Shown: one piece after another, positions 23,401 to 32,415 of the stretch
How positions within the stretch are numbered: position 1 is the stretch's first letter
Layout: each line of letters starts with the position of its first letter
Origin: an uncultured Helicobacter sp.
Lineage (GTDB): Bacteria; Campylobacterota; Campylobacteria; Campylobacterales; Helicobacteraceae
Assembly (NCBI GenBank): GCA_944325475.1
Contig: CALVAF010000144.1
Location: 1 to 34,896, forward strand
Direction of reading: 5' to 3'
DNA length: 34,896 nt
Position numbers and translations under genes: made by a program
The notes under the pieces: generated by a model
The model's database searches: none
Seen by the model: only the letters and a program-made list of their open reading frames with translations
What the model was told of the DNA's origin: nothing

Positions 23401-23969
23401 TCTATAATATTAATCTGTGAAAAAATGGTAGTGATTTTAATAGATATATAAGTGATATAGCTTGATTTTAAGGCATCTTCATACTTTTTTATGCGATAAG
23501 CACTTTCAGCCTCGCCTAAAACTTCCTCGCCGATTAAATTTACATTCAAAGTGATATTATCCTCATTTTTCCTTTTTTCTATATGAGGCTTTAAAAAGCT
23601 TTCGTTTGCATCTAAAACCATAGCACTTGTATCTTTTCTTAGATGAGATACAAAAAAAGGCACTGAAATGCTCGGCGCAAAACGTCCAAAATTTATAAAA
23701 GAGAGAAGCAAAAATTTCTCAAAAGCAGTAAAAAAGTCTGCTATACCAAATTTCTTTAAACTATGTTCTATTAGCTCAAAAGAAGCCTTTTTATCCTTAC
23801 ACCTAAAAGAACGATCTAATAACTCTATAAGCATAACCTTATTTTCAGGGTTATTTAAGAGTTTTTGCATTTTTTTGTGAAATTCCCTCTCACTCTGCGA
23901 GATATGTGCCTCAATCTTGTGCTGCAAGTCTTTGGCAAATTTCAGGGATTCCTCTATTATCTGATCCAT
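20490..23969 (-). CDS. putA: Bifunctional proline dehydrogenase / glutamate-semialdehyde dehydrogenase PutA
   Basis: NLIGE, NLDMEE, RFVKGA, YLVRRLDEN, ETGGKN, SGQKCSA, QPFGG. Confidence 0.96.
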   Translation of the reverse strand: MDQIIEESLKFAKDLQHKIEAHISQSEREFHKKMQKLLNNPENKVMLIELLDRSFRCKDKKASFELIEHSLKKFGIADFFTAFEKFLLLSFINFGRFAPSISVPFFVSHLRKDTSAMVLDANESFLKPHIEKRKNEDNITLNVNLIGEEVLGEAESAYRIKKYEDALKSSYITYISIKITTIFSQINIIDFEYSKDEVVKRLDYLYALAQEEEKKQGVDKFINLDMEEFRDLELTVAAFIESLSKFDIKAGIVLQAYIPDSYEYLKKLFAFSKERVLKGMKPIKIRFVKGANMESEETIASQRGWELPTFYKKIDTDSNYNKMLDFILQDENYKYINIGIASHNIFEIAYAYTRIKEANAFDSFTFEMLEGMSLTCSYELSKIHNLILYAPVCDDAHFNNAIAYLVRRLDENTSEDNFMRYFFNLKVGDKNWQKQEKLFLDSLKGVKDLDNSTHRKQDRNEKQNIKSSYETKTFTNESDTDFILPQNRAWAKKIKAKYENLSNFNVYPVIKEAIKDENLNYIEVKDKIKSRLIGKAYLAGEKEIKEALEVAKNSKFKEKSFEEIHQILARAASLMREKRGDLIGIASLEVGKTFLEIDPEVSEAIDFTEFYPHSLRKLQEQNPKIKFSPKGVGLTIAPWNFPVGISVGTIVAPLAAGNAVIYKPSSLSILTGYMICEILWEAGIPKDALVFLPSKGSDISKYLLSSESVNFAILTGGEETAYKMLEANPTLLLSAETGGKNATIVSKFADRDSAIKNIIHSAFSNSGQKCSATSLLVLESEVYEDEDFKKTLVDAASSMLVGSPFDFKNKIAALCDEIDPKVQKALDELKPYEKWALKPKFIDDISHLMSPGIKYGSKKGDFTHKTELFAPILTVMKAKDLKEAIDIVNSTGYGLTAGFESLDEREWEYFHTHIEAGNIYINKPTTGAIVLRQPFGGIKKSAIGFGRKVGIYNYITQFLDITQDEIDENVLENELSKELKNLNLNELSAMAKSYAYHYKNEFSISKDYVNIRGEDNLFSYTKIKNLGFRVCKEDSLRDILAVILASNVAKIKLILSFDENQNIKKAKEVCEKLGLEVEFIEQSKGNFVNSIEKYERIRYHAKTSVDDEIYQKAASLAKIVIRDKPLLNGRFELLFYHNEKSLSISYHRYGNLGIRALKN

Positions 23970-24547
23970 TTATCATTCCTTAAAATTTCTATTCATAAGA
24001 GCAAATTCTAATAAAAAACACACAAAATAGCAATAAAGTTAAATAAAATTATACTTTATTCGTGTTTAAAAGTGTTATTTAGTAACAAATAAAAAATCTC
24101 AGATTGTGCTATAACATCAAGTTTAATCCATTTTATCAAAACAAGATCATGGGAGTATCAATGATATTCATGCTTTGTATCTGTATGCATCCATTTGAGC
24201 CTCCTATATGGGTACAACACGTTTGGGGCAGTGACTTAGCAATATCCACTTGTGTGGGGGATTACTCAACCTAGCACGTTTGCGCTCACTGCAGCACTAC
24301 TCCAATTCTTTGGATTACCCACCTTTGTAGGCATTGCACGACTATGCTTTAAATGATTCCTCCCATGCGCACTACATTTATAGCACCTAGCCCAAAATCT
24401 AATCCTAAACCCACTCCAACTTTCATTCCACACGCAATTAAGACACATGTCTTTTATCCTACCAAATTCAGCTTCACTTCACAGAAGGAATAGAGATTTG
24501 CACTCCACACAAGTCCTCTCTCACCCCAAAATATTCTCATTTCTATT

Positions 24548-25010
24548 TCATGAGAGATTGTCATTGATTACACCTCGCATATCATCGAGTAGTTTTTTGT
24601 TTTTCTTTGAGAGAGAACCATATAATCTTGCAGAAAATACTATGATAATCTCTAAAACATCTTTGGCTAATTCTTCTTCAAATTTAATGTTTTCATCGCC
24701 TTTATTGATTATTTACTTCCACTTCTTTAGCTTCACAAATGGCAAAAACAAGTTCAGCTCCAAATCTTAGTAGTCTATCTTTGTGTGTTAGAACAAGTCT
24801 TTTAACTATCCCTCTAAAATAAGATTTAAGCTTCATTAAGACTTTTTCATAATCATTCCTACCACTGCCTACCACTGCCTACCACTGCCTAAATCTTAGA
24901 TAAGCTCATAATTAATCCAGCCTTAGCACAATAATTCTAAGACTTGAATTTGCCTTATTAATCCTCTTTTTGGTCGTGGCTACTTACTCTAGCATAGGCA
25001 ATGGTTTTAA
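24548..25010 (-). mobile_element. tnpA: IS607-family TnpA serine recombinase remnant (pseudogene)
   Basis: KTIAYARVSSHDQKED*, DLGSG, LVLTHKDRLLRFGAELVF, EELAKDVLEIIIVFSARLYG across several frames; no recognisable tnpB. Confidence 0.85.
24858..24891. repeat. 3 x 10-bp tandem repeat CCTACCACTG
   Basis: Perfect triplication within the DLGSG-coding segment of tnpA. Confidence 0.9.
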
Positions 25011-25394
25011 GATTAATGCAGGGTTTTAGATGAAAAATCTGGCTTATTGGCGCTATCACTGCCCTTTGTGCACTTACCTTTAATGTGCCACTTGGGATTT
25101 TGGTGGATAAACCCACTATAAACGCACACCAATTTCCTTTCATCCTAGCTATCATGGGCAATGTGTTGCTTAATTACTTCTATCCTGCCTTTGCCTTTAT
25201 GCTCATCACACAAGCCTTCATAAGCCTCTGTAGCATTTCTCTTGCACCTGTTTTTTGCTACGCTCGCAAGATTTGTGGCATGGAAGTTGTTTTGTCTGCA
25301 TTTAGAAATCACCAAACAAGGTAGATTTAAGCTTTAAGAAAAGTTAGATTATAATTGCAATTTCAATGCCAAAATTATACAAAAGTGAGAATCC

Positions 25395-26057
25395 ATGAAC
25401 CAAGTGCAAATTCTAGTCCTAGACTTTGGCTCTCAATACACGCAACTTATCGCAAGACGCTTACGCGAATTTGGCGTTTATACTGAAATTGTGCCATATT
25501 TTGAGAATCTAGAATCTATGAGGGCAAAAAATCCCAAAGGCATAATCCTAAGCGGCGGTCCTGCCTCTGTGTATGAGGAGGGGGCGTATAAGCCAGATTC
25601 TGGGGTTTTTGAGCTAGGTGTGCCGGTGCTTGGAATCTGCTATGGTATGCAGTATATCGCCCATCATTTCGGCGGCAAGGTCATAAGAGCAAAGGAGCAG
25701 GAGTTTGGCAAGGCAAGGCTAGAGATTATAGAGTGCAAATCGCCATTATTTGCTAATGTCAAGCAAGATTCTATCGTGTGGATGAGCCATGCTGATAAGG
25801 TTCAGACAATCCCGCAAGGCTTTAGCGAGCTAGCAAAGTCGGACAACACGCATTATTGTGCCATAGCGGACTTTCAAAGGCAAATCTATGCCTTGCAGTT
25901 TCACCCCGAAGTCGTGCATAGCGAGTGTGGCGGGGAGATTCTAAAAAATTTTGCGGTGCAAATTTGTGAGGCTAGCACGGATTGGAATATGAAAAACTTT
26001 ATCGCCTATGAGATAGCAAAAATCCGTGAAATCACAGGATTTAAAAGCCAAGATTAA
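25395..26057 (+). CDS. guaA: GMP synthase, N-terminal glutamine amidotransferase half (split guaA)
   Basis: LDFGSQYTQLIARR, GICYGMQ (catalytic Cys), QFHPEV; ends EIAKIREITGFKSQD*; TATAAT at 25350. Confidence 0.95.
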   Translation: MNQVQILVLDFGSQYTQLIARRLREFGVYTEIVPYFENLESMRAKNPKGIILSGGPASVYEEGAYKPDSGVFELGVPVLGICYGMQYIAHHFGGKVIRAKEQEFGKARLEIIECKSPLFANVKQDSIVWMSHADKVQTIPQGFSELAKSDNTHYCAIADFQRQIYALQFHPEVVHSECGGEILKNFAVQICEASTDWNMKNFIAYEIAKIREITGFKSQD

Positions 26058-26099
26058 TGTTCTAGCAATACCCACAAATGGCTTAAAGGAGTAGCGATG

Positions 26100-26470
26100 T
26101 ATCCCCTAATCTTGCATAAAAAGAGGATAAGCAAACATGCTAAATAGACCAAAAATCATTACAGCGCCAACTGCTATGATACCCTTGTATGGTTCTAAAA
26201 CGCAACGAAGATTCTAAAGCAAGGATCGCTGCAGCTCCACATATAGCACTACCAGCACTCACTAAAATCGCAAGCTCTCTATCAAGCTTAAAAAAAACTT
26301 CATGCCAATCCAAACCCCTAACACTAATCATAATGACAATAAATACACCGCAGGCAACACCCGTGATTCCCACTTTCCCAATCTCTGCTGTTATACGCAT
26401 GTTATCAATAAGATATACAATACAAATAATCATGTATCAAAACATTATAAAAGGGCTTTTATGATGTTTA
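26100..26470 (-). pseudogene. YeiH-family (putative sulfate exporter) remnant
   Basis: FKLDRELAILVSAGSAICGAAAILALE matches the YeiH GxxICGxxA motif; truncated and frameshifted. Confidence 0.7.
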
Positions 26471-26489
26471 TGGCATAAGCTTTTTTGAA

Positions 26490-27356
26490 TCATTCTTGAG
26501 CGATGTGTAGGGCAAAGGTTATAGCATCGGGTATGACCGTGCCATGTGTTTTATTGGCAAATGTTTTAAAGACTATGGGGATATCTGGATTATCACGCAT
26601 TAATACACTCGCTAATGTTTTAGAATCAATAGTCATGTTGCCCCTTTTACTTGGCGATTCAAGTGTGCCTAATGTGATGGCAATGGATCGTATGGGACTT
26701 TTTATGTGTAAATCTTCTGGTATAAAAGCCGCATTTTTCCACCATAAAGAGGGGGAGGCACAGATATAATTGTCAAAAGTTTGAGGATGATTAAAAAGCA
26801 CATACAAACAAAAGACACCCCCAAAAGAATGGCCAAAAAAACTGGATCGTTGGATATGATATTGTTTATGCATTGGGGTAATGACCTCTTTGTATAAAAA
26901 ATGATAAAAATCCTCTGCCCCACCACCTTCATAGCTATGAGATTCTTGGATAGATTGCATAGAATCTCTGTGATTGGGGGCTTGTGGGCTTATAGAGTGG
27001 TTTATCTTTGGAAGATAATCATAGGTTCTCCATGGGGTATGATAGGCTAAGGGGGTATTATACCCTATGCCAACTATAATGAGATTCTTAGAATGAGAAA
27101 AATGCTCTGAGTAGAGATTAAGCGCAAGGGGAAATTGCGCATTAGCGTCTAAGAGATAGAGGATTGCATAGGTGTCTGTGGTAGTGCTGTGTTTGGGTAT
27201 AGCTGTATAGATTCTGTATCTTGGATAGTTTGTAGTCGTTATATGAAAGGCATTTAGTGCTTTTTGAGAAAGGGGGGGTATATCTTGATTGGGTTTAGCC
27301 ATAAGGAGTAGAGGTAATAGTATAATATGTATATAAAATAGACTTCGTGTTTTCAT
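26490..27356 (-). CDS. Exported alpha/beta hydrolase, IroE/BesA-like siderophore esterase
   Basis: Signal-like N-terminus, YLLDAN, IIVGIGY, RTYDYLP, GGAEDF, GHSFGG nucleophile, ASPSLWW, terminal His. Confidence 0.8.
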   Translation of the reverse strand: MKTRSLFYIHIILLPLLLMAKPNQDIPPLSQKALNAFHITTTNYPRYRIYTAIPKHSTTTDTYAILYLLDANAQFPLALNLYSEHFSHSKNLIIVGIGYNTPLAYHTPWRTYDYLPKINHSISPQAPNHRDSMQSIQESHSYEGGGAEDFYHFLYKEVITPMHKQYHIQRSSFFGHSFGGVFCLYVLFNHPQTFDNYICASPSLWWKNAAFIPEDLHIKSPIRSIAITLGTLESPSKRGNMTIDSKTLASVLMRDNPDIPIVFKTFANKTHGTVIPDAITFALHIAQE

Positions 27357-27358
27357 GA

Positions 27359-27757
27359 TTATGTATCCAAGTTATGCCATAGTTTGGAATAATTCTTTTC
27401 TTGGCTACTCACATCTTGTCTATTTAGATGATTTTTATCCCCTTGTATGCCTATACAAGCATGAGCATACCCCAAATTTATCATCATAGTTTGAATCTTA
27501 TTTTTAATATGACTTTTATATGCAATACCTGCCGGTATACTATCTGCCCACACACCAGCAGCAATACATGATCTCGAATCAATAAGAGCTAGGTCAAAGC
27601 GATTTTTATATTTGCTATTTGTCCTAATACCAAAAAGCAAAAAGCCTTTGGGGAGGCTTGAAATTCTTTTAAATATTTTGCTGTTTTCTGAAGATTGCCC
27701 TGTTTTTGTATGATGTTTTTTATGACCTATGTGCAATTTCTGTATTGCTACCATCAA
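27359..27757 (-). pseudogene. ArgJ-like (ornithine acetyltransferase) N-terminal remnant
   Basis: PKGF..FGI...K..RFDLALI..AAGV..MINLGYAHACIGIQG resembles the ArgJ N-terminus (consensus VNSGNANAxTG); far too short. Confidence 0.5.
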
Positions 27758-27770
27758 TCCCCTTCAAATT

Positions 27771-27789
27771 AATAATGATAATACTATCA
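27771..27789. promoter_or_regulatory. Fur-box-like site
   Basis: AATAATGATAATACTATCA vs consensus GATAATGATAATCATTATC; upstream of the argJ-like remnant and esterase. Confidence 0.5.
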
Positions 27790-28397
27790 AATTTTATCTC
27801 AATATCAAATAAATCCTCTTTAAGATGTTACAAATGGCATACCAAAGCCCTTTGAAAGGTCACTATTGGCATGAGGAGTGTTACTCACAATGGCATTGTA
27901 TAGTCATTAGATTAGAGGGTTTTTTAAGATTGGACTTAGGCGATGTGGGATAACACAGAATTATAAAAATAAGATTCTAATTCATACAAAGATTTGCAAA
28001 ACAAAGAATACATCTAAAAAAGACCATATACAAGAAGACCCATAAGGGAGCAATCACTTTTTAGTGAATATTTAAAAATACTGCGGGAAGATAGGATTTG
28101 TCATAAAAAACACCCTAACAAAAGAGCAGATATTGCAAGACTGGCAAACACAATAAAAAATCTCTAAGGTATGAAAGTGATACAAGAGAGATAAGGAGGT
28201 TATTTGAGGAAATTATAACTATGAATGAGCTGATAGAATGGCTTAGGGCATTAGATACGTATTCCATTAACGATATAAATATGTATTATAGATTAAAACT
28301 CTATTTGTTAAAGAACAAACACGCTTTAATCTAGCAAAATGCCTCAAAATATCTAAAATCAAAATGGCAAAAGAAAATTAAAAGAAAAGAAATAAAA

Positions 28398-28406
28398 TGA
28401 TACAAT
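28398..28406 (+). promoter_or_regulatory. Extended -10 (TGATACAAT), candidate promoter for the plus-strand cargo
   Basis: TGnTAnAAT followed by AAGGA. Confidence 0.4.
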
Positions 28407-28482
28407 ATCAAATTTCATTTAAGGACTAAGAATACAAGAAACAACTATATGATTTGTCAAAAATACTTGCTGGAAATGTGGA

Positions 28483-28776
28483 TTGGAATATTTTGTGTGT
28501 TATGTGCTTCCACAAGGCAATATACTCAACCATACAGAAATCTTTAATCCACAGATTCCAAATAAACTCAAAGAATGGCAGAGTAATAACACCCATATCC
28601 CATTAGGCGTGGTGAAAGAGCGACATAGTAACGCCACGCAAACAAGCTATATGTCCTTCTTTGGGGATTGGTATTTGAAAGAGCTAGTTAGAGACACAAT
28701 GTATGAAAAACAAGGCGATATAGCTGATTTTGTGCTTAGAGACTACGTGAGTGATTTAGAGATAAAAGGATTTTAA
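28483..28776 (+). CDS. Hypothetical protein (possibly 5'-damaged)
   Basis: 97-aa ORF ending 4 nt before tag; no motif recognised. Confidence 0.4.
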   Translation: MEYFVCYVLPQGNILNHTEIFNPQIPNKLKEWQSNNTHIPLGVVKERHSNATQTSYMSFFGDWYLKELVRDTMYEKQGDIADFVLRDYVSDLEIKGF

Positions 28777-28780
28777 AATT

Positions 28781-29656
28781 ATGGATTCTCATGAGCGAGA
28801 TTCTAAAAACATAGAATCTAAGGGCGATTCGCAGACAAAAACTTACTTAAAAGATTCTAAGATTATAAATTCCAATGGGCGAAGTGTTGTAAATGAGAAA
28901 TCGGGGTTTTATGAGGCTGGGCAAGGAAATTTATCAACTACAAATAACCAAAGCCAAGCCAAAGCTTCTGTTGCAAATGCAACCAACCCAAACTCGCAAA
29001 TCTTAAGCTCAAAAGACAAGCCCTTTACCCAAAAGACAATACCTAACACGCAAAAGCCTAAGCTATTAGAGCGTTGCAACTGGGTGTATCAAGGCTATAA
29101 TGCTAGCGATTTGGCGACTAAAAAACTCTATCAAGATTACCATGATTTTGAGTGGGGAATCCCACAGCACGAGGATAGACGGCTTTTTGAACAGCTTGTG
29201 CTAGAGGGCATGCAATCTGGGCTTTCGTGGATTACGATTTTAAAGAAGCGAGCGGCTTTGAGGGAGGCATTTGATGACTTTGACCCTGTAAAAGTGGCGG
29301 GGTATGATGTGGCAAAGATAGAATCTCTTATGAAAAATAGCAAGATTATCCGCAATCGCGCTAAGATAGAATCTGCCATTAACAATGCCAAGCGGTTTTT
29401 GGAGATACAAAGGGAGTTTGGAAGCTTTGATAGCTTTATTTGGGGCTATGTGGGGGGCAAACCTATCATAAATGCCTTTAAATCCCTAGAGGAGATTCCC
29501 ACGCGCACCGAGCTCTCTGATAGGATAGCTAAAGACCTCAAAAAGCGGGGTTTTAGCTATGTGGGGAGTGTGGGAATCTATGCCTATATGCAATCTATTG
29601 GGCTTGTGTGCGATCATTTGGTTACTTGTGCGTTTTATTACAAATCTAGCGTATGA
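28781..29656 (+). CDS. tag: DNA-3-methyladenine glycosylase I with a ~95-aa low-complexity N-terminal extension
   Basis: RCNW, YHDFEWG, LEGMQSGLSWITILKKR, IIRNRAKI, DHLVTC. Confidence 0.93.
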   Translation: MDSHERDSKNIESKGDSQTKTYLKDSKIINSNGRSVVNEKSGFYEAGQGNLSTTNNQSQAKASVANATNPNSQILSSKDKPFTQKTIPNTQKPKLLERCNWVYQGYNASDLATKKLYQDYHDFEWGIPQHEDRRLFEQLVLEGMQSGLSWITILKKRAALREAFDDFDPVKVAGYDVAKIESLMKNSKIIRNRAKIESAINNAKRFLEIQREFGSFDSFIWGYVGGKPIINAFKSLEEIPTRTELSDRIAKDLKKRGFSYVGSVGIYAYMQSIGLVCDHLVTCAFYYKSSV

Positions 29657-29755
29657 TTGTATTAGGTAAAGACAAAATGTGGGAAGCAGGAATATTTGAG
29701 GATACATTCTACTTGTAAATGAGTGTTGTAAAATAACTATTTGAGGAGCGATGTT

Positions 29756-29989
29756 ATGAAAAACGCTTTATGTTTTGAATCCTTTATAAAAATGTTAAAA
29801 CCGAGCAATAGGGATTTGGGGTTTTATGTGGATTGGGAAAAATGTCTAAGAAATCGTGATAGAATCGCTATTACCCTAAATCATCTTAATTTCTTACTAG
29901 GCAAAGATTCTTTGCAAATGCAAGAATGTATCGCTACACTTTTTGCAGAATATAGCAAAGCTTTTGAAGTATTACCACATGACAAGTAG
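29756..29989 (+). pseudogene. Truncated DpnII/MboI-family restriction endonuclease (N-terminal ~75 aa)
   Basis: F..FIKMLKPSNR...YVDWEK..N...ITLNHLNFLLGK resembles the DpnII N-terminus; GAGGAG RBS; adjacent to a DpnA-like MTase. Confidence 0.7.
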
Positions 29990-30824
29990 AGTTTTGCCCA
30001 TATTGCCTATTTTTCAAAGCCAAGATTCTTTGTTTTCTCTTTATCAGAGCGACTGCAATGAGATTTTACAAGAATTTAGAGGGCAATTTGACCTAATCTT
30101 TGCCGATCCACCTTATTTTCTCTCTAATAATGGCTTGAGTATCCAAAGTGGCAAGATTGTAAGTGTCAATAAGGGACAATGGGATAAGGGGGAAAATATC
30201 GGTGACATTGATGCTTTTAATAGGCAGTGGATACAAAATGCCAAAGAGGCTTTAAAACCCACGGGTAGTATTATGATAAGTGGAACATATCACAATATCT
30301 TTTCATTAAGTAGAATTTTACAAAAACTTGATTTTAAGATTCTAAACATTATTACTTGGCAAAAGACAAACCCGCCACCAAACTTTAGTTGTCGTTATCT
30401 CACGCATTCCACAGAACAGATTATCTGGGCTCGAAAAAGCTATAAACATAAACATATTTTTAACTATGAGATTCTCAAAAAACTCAATGGCGATAAGCAA
30501 ATGCGTGATGTATGGAGTTTTCCAGCTATCGCTCCTTGGGAAAAGACAAATGGCAAACACCCAACACAAAAGCCCTTAAGTCTTTTGATACGTCTTATTT
30601 TAATGGCAAGTGATAAGGATTCTCTTATCTGTGATCCCTTTAGTGGCTCTAGCACCACAGGCATTGCAGCAAATCTTTTACATAGAAAATTTATAGGTAT
30701 TGAAAAAGAAAATGAGTTTATACAAATGTCGATTAAAAGAAAAGAGGAATTAGATTCTAATAGAAAAGGTATAGAATCTAGGATTAGGGATTTGGTAAGG
30801 CATAGAAACACAAATAATTCTTAA
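29979..30824 (+). CDS. Beta-class amino DNA methyltransferase, DpnA-like (probably GATC m6A)
   Basis: FADPPYFLSN, VSVNKGQWD, SGTYHNI, NPPPNFSCRY, KHPTQKP, DPFSGSSTTG. Confidence 0.9.
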   Translation: MTSRVLPILPIFQSQDSLFSLYQSDCNEILQEFRGQFDLIFADPPYFLSNNGLSIQSGKIVSVNKGQWDKGENIGDIDAFNRQWIQNAKEALKPTGSIMISGTYHNIFSLSRILQKLDFKILNIITWQKTNPPPNFSCRYLTHSTEQIIWARKSYKHKHIFNYEILKKLNGDKQMRDVWSFPAIAPWEKTNGKHPTQKPLSLLIRLILMASDKDSLICDPFSGSSTTGIAANLLHRKFIGIEKENEFIQMSIKRKEELDSNRKGIESRIRDLVRHRNTNNS

Positions 30825-30855
30825 GATTTTAATCATTTATATTTAAGGGACAGGC

Positions 30856-31572
30856 TTGAAAAACACAGAATTCAAACAAGTTTCAAAGATCATACAAGAG
30901 CAGGATTTTGAAAGCAGAGATTCCAAAAGCATACAAAAATTTACAATGATATTGCAAACCAAGCGGGTTTATTTGCGAGAATACACGCTAGAGGACTTGC
31001 CTGCCTTGCATAAGATTCTAAGCGATGAGCAGACGATGTATGCTTGGGGGCATGGCTTTAGCCTACAAGAGAGCAGGGAATGGATAGAGAAGCAGTCAAG
31101 GAGCTATAAAGAAAATGGCTTTGGGCTGTGGGCGATAGTGGATAAAGAATGCGGGGAGATTATTAGCAATGCCGGGCTAAATAGAGAGATGATAAGCCTT
31201 AATGGAGTTATAAGAAGTGAGATTATCGAGATAGGCTATATCGTGGCTAGGGAGTTTTGGGGACAAGGGCTAGGCACAGAGGTAGCAAGGGCGGTGCAAG
31301 AGTATGCCTTTAAGATTTTGGGCTTAGAGCGAGTGTATTGTCTTATCAAGGAGGATAATTTTGCCTCTATGCGTGTGGCTAGAAAGCTTGGCGGAAGCAT
31401 GATTGGCAAATATATCAAAAACTATCAGGGCAAGGATTTGATACATTATATCTTTGAGTGTAGAGGCGCGGAGATTGTCTTTGAGAGTGAGAATACAGAA
31501 TCTAGCTATGCTGTAAATAAGCCTACAAACAAGAGATTTGTGTATAGAGAATCACTTGGGAACAAGGAGTGA
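30856..31572 (+). CDS. GNAT N-acetyltransferase (RimJ/RimL-like)
   Basis: LQTKRVYLR, GFGLWAI, EIGY, FWGQGLGTE, NFASMRVARKLG; alternative ATG 30946. Confidence 0.88.
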   Translation: MKNTEFKQVSKIIQEQDFESRDSKSIQKFTMILQTKRVYLREYTLEDLPALHKILSDEQTMYAWGHGFSLQESREWIEKQSRSYKENGFGLWAIVDKECGEIISNAGLNREMISLNGVIRSEIIEIGYIVAREFWGQGLGTEVARAVQEYAFKILGLERVYCLIKEDNFASMRVARKLGGSMIGKYIKNYQGKDLIHYIFECRGAEIVFESENTESSYAVNKPTNKRFVYRESLGNKE

Positions 31573-31632
31573 GAAAATGGAGATACAAAGCAAAAAAATG
31601 CAAATAGATTTTACACCATACAAAGAATATCA

Positions 31633-31644
31633 GGGGGGGGGGGG
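31633..31644 (+). repeat. G12 tract inside a 25-codon uORF (31577-31654) upstream of the restriction gene
   Basis: Directly visible; uORF has an AAGGAG RBS and ends in a TAATG overlap. Confidence 0.85.
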
Positions 31645-31653
31645 TAACTTTTA

Positions 31654-32415
31654 ATGAATAATGCAATATTAAATAAAATTGAAATAAAGACATTGCAAGA
31701 GATAGAATCAAAATATTATATGAAGCCGATATTAGATTCTATACTGCAAGACATTGAAAGCAAGAATAGAGAGTGGCATAAGGTTTTTGATAATCTCTAC
31801 TCTTATCTTGTGAATTCAAAAGATTTGGTAGAAAAGCTTATACAATTAAGAGTGCAAAACGGAGTAATCAAAGATGCCTCACAAGCAAGGAAAAGCATAG
31901 CAGGACAAGCTTTTAGCAATCTCATCATTTGGACATTTTTAAAAAATAAAGAGCAAGGGCATATTGAGAAAAATATCTTTATCACCTCTAAACGCTCTCA
32001 AATTCCAAATCATAAAGAAATCTTTTTAATACAAGTAGGCGAAGAAACACAAAAACCAGATGTGGATTTAGTTATTTATAGTCTAGATTCTATACATAAT
32101 TTACATAAATGCTTGATTATATCTCTTAAGACTTCTTTGCGTGAAAGGGCTGGACAGACATATAAATGGAAACTTTTAATGGAAATAGCCAACACAGAAT
32201 CTAACTTAAAAGAAAAATACAATATTTCTTATAATCCACCTATTATGCCTCTAGTATGCTTTGCAACAGTGAATTTCTATAATGAAATCAACAATCCACA
32301 ACACAGAGGAATGTTTAAGTTTTTTGATTGTGCCTTTATTGGTAAAGATATAGAAGCAGATGATTTTATCAAGCCCTTAAGTTATCTAATCACATATATA
32401 AAAGAGAATCTATGA
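31654..32415 (+). CDS. Type II restriction endonuclease, BsaWI-like (CCGG-family PD-(D/E)XK variant)
   Basis: RKSIAG..F, KPDVDLVIY, IISLKTSLRERAGQ (KxxxRER motif); overlaps the MTase (ATGA). Confidence 0.8.
   Translation: MNNAILNKIEIKTLQEIESKYYMKPILDSILQDIESKNREWHKVFDNLYSYLVNSKDLVEKLIQLRVQNGVIKDASQARKSIAGQAFSNLIIWTFLKNKEQGHIEKNIFITSKRSQIPNHKEIFLIQVGEETQKPDVDLVIYSLDSIHNLHKCLIISLKTSLRERAGQTYKWKLLMEIANTESNLKEKYNISYNPPIMPLVCFATVNFYNEINNPQHRGMFKFFDCAFIGKDIEADDFIKPLSYLITYIKENL

Noticed and set aside
24100-24545. tnpB or omegaRNA downstream of IS607 tnpA
   Set aside because: No RuvC or zinc-finger motifs recognisable
24858-24891. CRISPR-like repeat
   Set aside because: Spacer-less 10-bp tandem repeat; no cas genes
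27800-28480. Small ORFs (e.g. 37 aa from ATG 28221)
   Set aside because: Short and fragmentary with no motif; probably decayed cargo
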